From Bugula neritina (lineage: Eukaryota > Animalia > Bryozoa), in contig OZ037773.1 of NCBI GenBank assembly GCA_964035545.1, forward strand, positions 7,531,751 through 7,595,750: 64,000 nt of DNA, given 5' to 3'. The notes beneath the pieces were generated by a model that worked only from the letters and a program-made list of their open reading frames with translations, ran no database searches and had not been told where the DNA came from. The position numbers and the translations under genes are program-made. The stretch's first letter is position 1; each line of letters begins with the position of its first letter. Positions 26,479-35,960 of this stretch are shown here, piece by piece.

Positions 26479-27691
26479 ATGAATTTTATGAAGCTGACCT
26501 TTCTAGCACTCACTGCCCTCTTTGTCCTTAGTAAGTGTATCATAATTATTATATATCTAAGCATGTGTTGACAACTCCCAAGTAGCTTTCACACATGCAA
26601 CAGTTTGTTATCTGTTGAGTTGCATATTTTTGCAACTAGTTCAACAACAAATTGAATGTATAAAATATATAGGCTAACACTACTGTTTTCTGTAGATCAC
26701 AATTCATGAGCCACAATAAAAAAACAATTGTTCAAACAATAAAATTTAAAATAACTTTATTGTCCCAAACGATTATATATAACATATTTCACATTTAATT
26801 AGGTGTTATCTATCTGATAGCGTATAAAAGGTTCATCACCTGCTTTCCATCAAGTTGTACTAATTTGAGTGTGTCACTTTGTTACCATATGTCAGTGTGA
26901 CACTTTGTTACCATGTCAATGTATGTGACACTTTTGTTGCAGCTGTGTTGACAGAAAATGTCATGGCTGGAAAGAAGCATCGTGGCAAAGGCAGAAAAGG
27001 TAGCAGTGAAAGCAGTGAAGACCGATCACATGTTAGAAAAGGTGAGAAAGTCGTGATCTTTTGAAATGATCCATCTTTATACTAAAATAGTGTTATTTTT
27101 ATGCTGTTGCTAAGTTTGATTATTCATATAAAGAGATAATAATATAAATATATATTATCAGCAATTATTAAACATATTCTGCACAAACTCTGTCAACAAC
27201 ATACAAGGCATAGTACATGGTGCACTATAGCTGCAACAAACCTCTGCAACAAACTATTTCTTTGCTCAAAACATACTTTATATATCATGCACCATATTGT
27301 GATTGCACCTGCAGACACCTGCTTGCAGTGTCATGCAGTCAAACTAACTTTTTAATATGTTGTGTACAGGATACCGCCGTTCATGCAGGGGACGCAGGTG
27401 TGGAAAAGGTCAGTTAATAATTATTAAGACTTCATTTTGCCAGCATATAGATTGCTTATTATGTTTAAAATTATGAGTTATTTAATCATACATAGCTGTT
27501 ATTATATAATAAACGATTCAATATTGTGAATCTGAACTACATGCATGATACATGATACGTATATTTGTTTTGTAATTTATATTATACAAAGATATGCTGG
27601 AAAAATTATTTTTTCACTCAGTAGTGTTAGATTTTTAAATATAAATATAGAAACGTATTTTATCAATATAATTGTAGGTCCTTACTATTAA
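26479..27691 (+). CDS. Gene E: secreted cationic peptide precursor (~67 aa), TSR-deleted paralogue of D/F
   Basis: Exons 26479-26530 (MNFMKLTFLALTALFVL), 26943-27041 (TVLTENVMAGKKHRGKGRKGSSESSEDRSHVRK), 27370-27408 (GYRRSCRGRRCGK), 27678-27691 (GPYY*). Frame and splice sites intact; AATAAA at ~27896. Confidence 0.82.
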
Positions 27692-28754
27692 ACAAGATAA
27701 ACACTTGAACATTCTAGAACGCTGAGAAACTAATATACTGAGATACTGAACACACCTAAAGGTTTTATCAATTTTTATCAATATTCAATATACTTAAATT
27801 TGATTTTGAGATCATGTTGAAATAACATTAGCTTTTCCTAATTTTTTAAATAATGATAATAGAAGTAAATTACAGAATAATTCTTTTTAAATGCAAATAA
27901 ATAAATGATCATGAAAATGCAATACCTTTGGTTTTATTGTAAGTAAATGTTTTATAGACAAGTTATGGAATATTCAATTGAAGCACATTCTTAGAAAAGT
28001 AAGGTTTTACTTTTAGATGTTTCTGTGTTATTCTAACAGCTATAGTACTTCTGGCACAAATATATAAGCTGTAAAAATTTTCTGTTATAATATATGTTGT
28101 CAGCTAGAACGTGTTTGCTAGACATATGATGCTATAACTTTATATTCTGTCATGCATGAACTGTTATATAAAATAACTAACATGAACACTGCTACATATT
28201 TTCCATGCAGAATGCTTCATTGACATCGTTAAAACAACTTCTCTTAAAATGCGAATTTGGGGATTAAGTTATAATTATATGTAGGAAGCAGTTATGCTTT
28301 CATGAATATTGTAGGTACTCTTTGCACTCGCATGTGCAGTTTACCTAATAGTATGCAGTTATAGCATTATTTTAGCATGCGAAGTCTAGCTAATGGCTTA
28401 AAGTTGTAACAGTGTTATTGTTTGTGGAAGTTGTGATAAATTGTAGAATATTTCACAGATGATGCAGATAGCAAGCTTTGTTTTACCAATAATTCTGCTT
28501 CTTGACACGTATAAGATTAGGATAGTTGTGCATTTTAACAATAATTTATTTACTTCTATTCAAAAACAATTATTAAGCAATTCTTTTAATTAGCATTCAA
28601 GAGAGAAAACTTTTAATAAAAATAGCAAAATCTCCATATATTAAATTTAATTATTGTGCATTAAGTTTGATATAGTAATTTTGTTTAGCCAGCGTCCCAG
28701 TAGAATATCCCAGTGTCTCGAAGTTCCAGTTATACGTCATAGCGTTTATGTCAT

Positions 28755-31644
28755 TTAGTAGTATGGGCCTGCAAATATATTAATGAAGTACAATATTGTT
28801 TTTTACAGTTTGAAAATTAGCTGTAGCAATTCACTATGTAAACCAAACAAATAGTTTTGTGTATTTACACACAATATATATCCTGTAATATTTATTTCAT
28901 TTAGTACATCATAATATAATGTACTATATATAATAAATATTACGTAATATATATTCTATAGGTAAATACACAAATCAATATATAGCTTAAAACAAATTCA
29001 GCCAATTTACAAAGAATAATGTTTAGAGCAATTTTATACAGAAAGCACAGTTAAATGAAGATTTCGAATTTGAAGCTAAGAGTCAATGTTTTCATAGCCT
29101 GTGTTATATAAACACAGCCACTCTTTTATAATCTTAATGTACAGTTTTAAGTATTAGTACTAACCACAGTTGTGTCCCTTGCATGAGCGGCTCTGTTTGC
29201 CAAATCCTAGGCAAGAATTGTTCCTGTAGATACCTTTGACAATACAAGTTCTGGTTCTAAACTGTGTGCCAGATCCACATCTGCTAGAGCAGCTTGACCA
29301 TGAGCCCCACTTGCTCCAGTATCCTATAAACAACATATCATAAAGTAAGTTTGACTGACATTGCAGGCAGGTGTCTGCAGGTGATGACAGTGTGACGCCT
29401 AGCACAAGGTTTATTTCAGGTACAGTAAATACCCATGTATGATAATGGTGTAAGAGATGCAGCTATTATAATAATATTATTTAGAAATATTAAATTTGCG
29501 TTAATGAAAACAGGACGGTTGTTTCACCTTTCACAATTATTGGTCCCTCTTCACTGCTTTCACTGCTTCCACTGCTGCGGCTGCTTCTGCTGCTTTTGCT
29601 GCTTCTACTGCTTTTGCTACTTTTGCTACTTTTACTACTTTTACCGCTTCCACTACTTCCGCTACTTCCGCTACTTCCGCTACCTTTCCTGCCTTTGCCA
29701 TGATACTTCTTTCCAGCCATGACGTCATCTGCCAGTACAGCTGAAACAAATGTAAAGACATGATTTTGAAATGTTCAGAAAAGGAACACACTGACCACTG
29801 AAATGCTAACAAAGTGACACATTGACATGCTAACAAAGTGACACATTGACATGCTGACAAAGTGACACATTGACATGCTGACAAAGTGACACGTTGACAT
29901 GCTGACAAAGTGACACATTGACATGCTGACAAAGTGACACGTTGACATGCTCACAAAGTGGCACACTGACATGCTCACAAAGTGACACATTGACGTGTTC
30001 ACAAAGTAGCACATTGACATGCTCACAAAGTGACACATTGACGTGTTCACAAAGTAGCACATTGACATGTTCACAAAGTGACACACTGACATGCTGACAA
30101 AGTGACACATTGACGTGTTCACAAAGTGACACATTGACATGCTGACAAAGTGACACAATGACACATTGGCATGCTGACAAAGTGACACATTGACGTGTTC
30201 ACAAAGTGACACATTGACATGCTGACAAAGTGACACAATGACACATTGGCATGCTGACAAAGTGACACAATGACACATTGACATGCTGACAAAGTGACAC
30301 ATTGACATGCTCACAAAGTGGCACACTGACATGCTCACAAAGTGACACATTGACATGCTGACAAAGTGACACAATGACACATTGGCATGCTGACAAAGTG
30401 ACACATTGACGTGTTCACAAAGTGACACATTGACATGCTGACAAAGTGACACAATGACACATTGGCATGCTGACAAAGTGACACATTGACGTGTTCACAA
30501 AGTGACACATTGACATGCTGACAAAGTGACACAATGACACATTGGCATGCTGACAAAGTGACACATTGACGTGTTCACAAAGTGACACATTGACATGCTG
30601 ACAAAGTGACACAATGACACATTGGCATGCTGACAAAGTGACACAATGACACATTGACATGCTGACAAAGTGACACATTGACATGCTCACAAAGTGGCAC
30701 ACTGACATGTTCACAAAGTGACACATTGACATGCTGACAAAGTGACACAATGACACATTGGCATGCTGACAAAGTGACACATTGACGTGTTCACAAAGTG
30801 ACACATTGACATGCTGACAAAGTGACACAATGACACATTGGCATGCTGACAAAGTGACACAATGACACATTGACATGCTGACAAAGTGGCACATTGACAT
30901 GTTCACAAAGTGACACATTGACATGCTGACAAAGTGACACAATGACATGCTCACTAAGTGACACGTTGATTCTTTTGCAAAGTGAAAAAAATGGCACAGA
31001 ATTGATCAGAGAAATTGTGTATATTGTATATTAATATAGGAAATGTGTTATGAAATGTTTTATGAAATGTATAATTAGCCTCCCCAATAAGCAAATTTCT
31101 CAAATTCATATTAGAAAAAACTTTTTAGGCGGCGTAACTTGCGACAAATCGAGAACATAGATGGGTAGCTCATTTGCATTGCAATTTATGGCTCTAGTGT
31201 GTTATATTTGCTAGAAGGAAATATACAGAAGACCGAAACTCAACATTCAGCAGTATACATTTTCACTACTATCAATTCAAATTTTAATGCACATTTATTT
31301 CAAAAATGTTTAACTGTTTAAACAAATCCTCATTTCAATCAACTATAAATTATAAAGAAACATACATCACACGGCATACCATATAAATTGCTTCAACTTC
31401 AGTTATTAGCTCCTTACTTGCTACTAATAAAAACTGAGAGCTTTTCAAAACCCACCCCAAAAGAAAGTACTAACAACACACATTATAGTTACATTGCTGT
31501 CAGCTTTAACAAATAATAGTGTGTTGTATGTGTGAGAAAGTATGTTAGAGAATGTCATCAGATGCTAAGGTATATAATTATTCTTTACTTACCAATGACA
31601 AGGGCGATAGCAAGTGCTAGAAAAGTCAATTTCATGAAATTCAT
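28755..31644 (-). CDS. Gene F: secreted Ser/Lys-rich protein with 1 TSP1 repeat (~145 aa)
   Basis: Exons 31644-31593 (MNFMKLTFLALAIALVI), 29740-29528 (AVLADDVMAGKKYHGKGRKG, SSG/SSK/SSR repeats, SSESSEEGPIIVK), 29323-29165 (GYWSKWGSWSSCSSRCGSGTQFRTRTC...SCKGHNC), 28768-28755 (GPYY*). Confidence 0.9.
29804..30968. repeat. Intronic minisatellite, 24-bp unit with 32-bp variants
   Basis: Unit gacaaagtgacacattgacatgct; variants carry an extra atgacaca. Accounts for all repetitive ORFs at 29.5-31.0 kb. Confidence 0.95.
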
Positions 31645-32073
31645 GCTACAAAAGATAAAAAGATTTTGAAGAGTGGGTAAGGAAATATGTAGTTAGATAG
31701 ATTGGTATGTGGATATGTAATATAATATAATGATTTAAAAGACATACACTGATAAAATATATGAATAACTCAAGATTTAGATATATTATATATTTAAAAT
31801 TGTATAGACCTTATTTATTTAAGAATTTAAATATATGATTATATAGAAATCTGTACATCTATATATAGATATTATATAGTGATATCAATATATATCGATA
31901 TTTATTGATATATATACAAATATAAATTGCTTCATTTTCAGTAAAACCTTAATGCCCTTTATAAAATGTTAATTTAGTTGCAACTTTTATGCGGAATGTA
32001 GAACTTCAGTTATAAATCCTTAGAAAGAACAACAATCTATAGTTCTGTGTAAGTGTAGGTAAAGTATACTTAC

Positions 32074-32215
32074 ATGAAGTAATGAGTTTAGCAATGAGAA
32101 TGAACCTGTGTGTAGTCTGAGAATCTTCAACTGAGTCTGACAAACTCTTCCATACCTCCACTTATATACACTTTCATACAGGAAGTAGCGTAACGTCAGA
32201 TGAGTTGGCAAACGC
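32074..32215 (-). promoter_or_regulatory. Gene F promoter and non-coding exon 1
   Basis: ACAGGAAGT at 32178-32186, half-CRE, TATATAA at 32162-32168, donor at 32073. Near-identical to the D and E blocks. Confidence 0.75.
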
Positions 32216-32963
32216 AATCAGCAATTTGTCCGTGCCGACACGAACCAACATCAAAGATTCTTAAACAATTACAGCCAACAGCATTCAATCATACTTTCTG
32301 AAAGGAGGTTTCATATTAATATGCGGTATATGTCGACTTAGCTTGAAAAAATTGTTGTTTTATTTTGTTTTTGGTAGCTGATCTCGTGCTAAACTGTAAA
32401 AAACGGATGTGTTGACATAATGCAGATTAATGTTACGAAGGCAAAGAAGTCATACATGGGATATATTGACAAAGGATATTGACATGTATTACATAGGCTA
32501 GGGAAGTGGGAGATGATGGATGAGCTAGTCAAGGTACATACCTGTGACATACCTGTCTGCGACAGGGAGGAAGTTTGTATTGTATCCAACGGTGACTGAG
32601 GGGATGCTATAACTTCTGGCTTTGTCCAATGAAATCACACGCTTATGCAAAGTGGGTTACTTGGTTGTTTTCAATATTTCATATATTCTGTATATATTTT
32701 TCTTATATTTGTAAATGCAGGGCTGTAATAAATCTGTGATTATGCTAGATTACTCTGGGGAAAAGATTAGACAAGGCGTAGGCATTGGTAATGATGTTTT
32801 TAACATTTTAATGCTTCCAGTTATTTCAGCTACAAATACCACTTAAGTTAGAATAGCTCTTGAAAGACTTTAGGCAGAATATTTTATCAAAGATACTGCT
32901 GTTCATGTTCATGGCAAGAGTACATTTAAAGCAGCTTAGCTAGCAATTGCTACATATCATGTA

Positions 32964-34745
32964 CAGTGCTGTGAAAAAGTTTAAGGACGCCTCATTGTTT
33001 TCCATAATAGCAATGTTCCAAGCTAATTTTAAGACATAACAAAAGCATTTCCATAGGCATGATGCCTATCAAAATGATCCTTAAAATCTCCTTATCTCAT
33101 TTATATAAATCATTAGTGTCTCTTTTCACTTCCTTCCAAAATATGGGTAAAATAATGAGATACTATGCATATATGGGAATTATTCAATGTTCTCACAATT
33201 TGTGTATACTGTAGGATATCAGAATATTTTACTTGAAACATAGAAAAATATTGTATGTGATTTGTTCTACACATTATAGCAGCATTGCAACACACAGTGC
33301 TTTAAATTTTAGTATCAATGTTTTGTTGACCAGTCTTTATTCTCAATCACTAGTCGGCAGCGATGAGGCATCGACTCGTACAGCTTCTCCAACTCGTTTT
33401 CAGTCACAACATGATGCTATGCATGAATTACAGGCTCTACGAGTGTCACCTTAGTTGTTGGCTTCTGTGAAGAAACTATTTTAGCCATTCTTGACCATGA
33501 ATTTCTTATTGGGTTCAAGTCCCAGCTTTGGGCTGGCCAGTTAAGCGTTGAGACCCTCTGCTTTTTCATTCACTCTTTAACAGTTTTTGCCCAATGGCAT
33601 GGTGCATTGTCATCTTCAAACATGTTAATTTCATTTAAAAAGAAGTTTTTTTATGATTGGAAGAAGTTTAGCATTGAGATTCTCTATATATTTTTGGGCA
33701 TTAATATCATTCCAGAGCAATTACTGAGTCGACCTACACCTTTTGATGTTATACAACCCCAGAACATAACACCAATAGGGTGCTTAATTTTTGCAAGAAT
33801 ACATCAGGGGTTATATTCCTCATACTGATATCTTCTAACAAGACAGTTTCCAGCATGATTGCTCACATTAAATGTAGATTTATCTGAAATAATTACTTTT
33901 TTCTAATCATTCACTGTCTAACTACCATGCTCCTTGGCCCACCGTAGCCGGTTTTTTCGCTACTTCTCGGTTAGAAGAGGCTTCCTTTTTGCTTTGCAGA
34001 CACATAGACCATGGCTCAGCAGTCTTCGCCTTATCAGGGATGTCGAAGTTGTTGTTCCTGTTGATTCTGATCTTTTTTTGCCAACTCAGGACTTGTTTTA
34101 TTGCAATCTTTCTTGCTGATCCTAATGAAAACCTTGTCATTTCCGAGTGTGCTTATTCTTGGTCGTCCACTTCCAGGTCGATCTGCTACACTGCCAGTCT
34201 CCATGAACTTCTTGATAATTTGATAAACAGTTATCTTTACTTTGCCAACCTTTTTAGATATTTTCCTAATTAAATAACCTTCGTTATGCAAAAAAATTAT
34301 TACAAACCTTGCTTTTGAAGTAAGATTTACAGCCCTCATTTTGTCTATGCGCAGCACCTAAGTGGACACCATGTAAAAGCTTACAACTAAATGACAGATT
34401 TCAAATTATAGAAGAAAGTCATACTTTATGGTATCATGATGCCATGTACAAAGTAAAATTTCATTGTTTAGCCTTTTGTGATTGTCAGAAGCGACGAACT
34501 TTGGAAACATAAAAACACAGGAGTTGCGCTTTCCTAGCTGCTTGTATAGTTAGCCCGAAAATAGGTAGAAAACATCACAGCAGTAGGAATTTATAAGGTG
34601 GAAATTGTAGTACACATTCTAAGGGTCATTTTGATATATAGAACTTGCAGGAAAATACTAAGAACTTCCAAGAAATGCCTATTAAACAATACATAGAAAT
34701 ACATAAAAATTTCTGCAAGCGTCCTCAAACTTTTTCACAGCACTG
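32964..34745 (-). mobile_element. Tc1/mariner DNA transposon, full length (1782 bp), inactive
   Basis: 27-bp TIRs cagtgctgtgaaaaagttt(a/g)aggacgc at 32964-32990 and 34719-34745, flanked by TA on both sides; decayed transposase inside. Confidence 0.93.
33300..34339 (-). pseudogene. Tc1-like transposase pseudogene
   Basis: HTH region with GSGRPR, then RKPLLT/RLRWAKEH, DDNAPCH and WPAQSWDLNPI motifs, broken by frameshifts and stops. The 3' boundary is approximate. Confidence 0.85.
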
Positions 34746-34752
34746 TATATTA

Positions 34753-35002
34753 TGGTGTCTGGTAAAAATGACACAGGTAAAAACGGCACAGGTAATAATG
34801 GCCCAAATAGCAAAGAAGGTAAAAGTGGGGGCATTTTCAATCTTAGGGTTTGGGGTGGTGGTTGGGGGTTTGTAATGTGGGAGTTTAGGGGTTTGAGTTT
34901 GGGGCTGAGGTTTAAGGGTTGGGAGTTTGAGAAAACTTAGTCCCAGAGTGCCATTATTACCTGTGGCAGTTTTACTGGTGCCATTTCTACCTAAAATCAC
35001 CA
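34753..35002. mobile_element. MITE-like element with imperfect ~50-bp TIRs built of 15-bp subrepeats
   Basis: Left end ggtaaaaatgacacaggtaaaaacggcacaggtaataatggc; right end is its reverse-complement equivalent; G/T-rich core. Confidence 0.6.
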
Positions 35003-35960
35003 TATATAATATGTCTGTATTTAAACGGCTATAGTTTTGTAAATTAGAGCTTCAACAAATAATTACACGATCATATATTAGTGAGACTAGAGAACGATGA
35101 ATATTTAGTAAAATTATGCTTATAAAATGTGTTTTTATAATATGCTAGCAAGAAATAGCAGCCTGTGTGATAACTTTAAATAAATTCAGAGTTATTAGTT
35201 ACTATCATAAATACACAAAAAGCTGATGTTTAAAGACCTAATTAAACAATGAGCTGTGTGATGAACGAGACCCAAAACCTTATAAACTGCAAATTTAGAA
35301 ACTAAATTCCAACTAGTCAATAAAATTAAGAAATAGATCTTAGGCTTACAAAGCTTCAAGATTACACTAATATAAACTATTAGAGTCAAGTAGTGAAATA
35401 CTTGAGAAATTAAATAAATGTAGTGGGTCACACTGGTCTTAAAATAGAAGCTGATATCACCTATAATCTCTCATTTTCTGAAGCAATGAAATATTGTTCG
35501 AGAGCTTAATCAAGAAGATAACAGAAAATGTCGTGAGTGACATCTTGTTATTAGTGAAAAATTGTAAGGGAAAATGGTACCAGCGTAGCAAATCTTATGC
35601 AAAATGTGGGTTTGGTATAGGTACTACTTAAACTACTATCAAATCCCTACATTGCGTGTTGTTTGTGGGCCCAGGGGATTAGAAACCATATGAACAAAAG
35701 TAAAGAGCTAAAGAGTATGTCTATATTTTATCAAGTAAATAGTTTGCAGTATTTTACTTTATCTGGTTTATTAATGCTAACTTATATATCAAGTATAAAA
35801 ACTAAAATCATGACTCATAGAAGACAAGTAAAACCGTTTTGGACAGAAAATATGTAATCGTTATCTAATGCACAATATGCTGAACAGGCCAATGAAAGAG
35901 CAGCTCTCAAACAGATAGATAAAGAAGTGGCTATATATGATCACTTGATGAATCAACCAA

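Noticed and set aside
29537-30997. Cys/His-rich repetitive ORFs (MCHFVSMS, SLCQHVNV)
   Set aside because: Translations of a 24-bp intronic minisatellite that is open in several frames.
32480-32670. GC-richer patch upstream of gene F
   Set aside because: No convincing ORF, splice pair or repeat identity.
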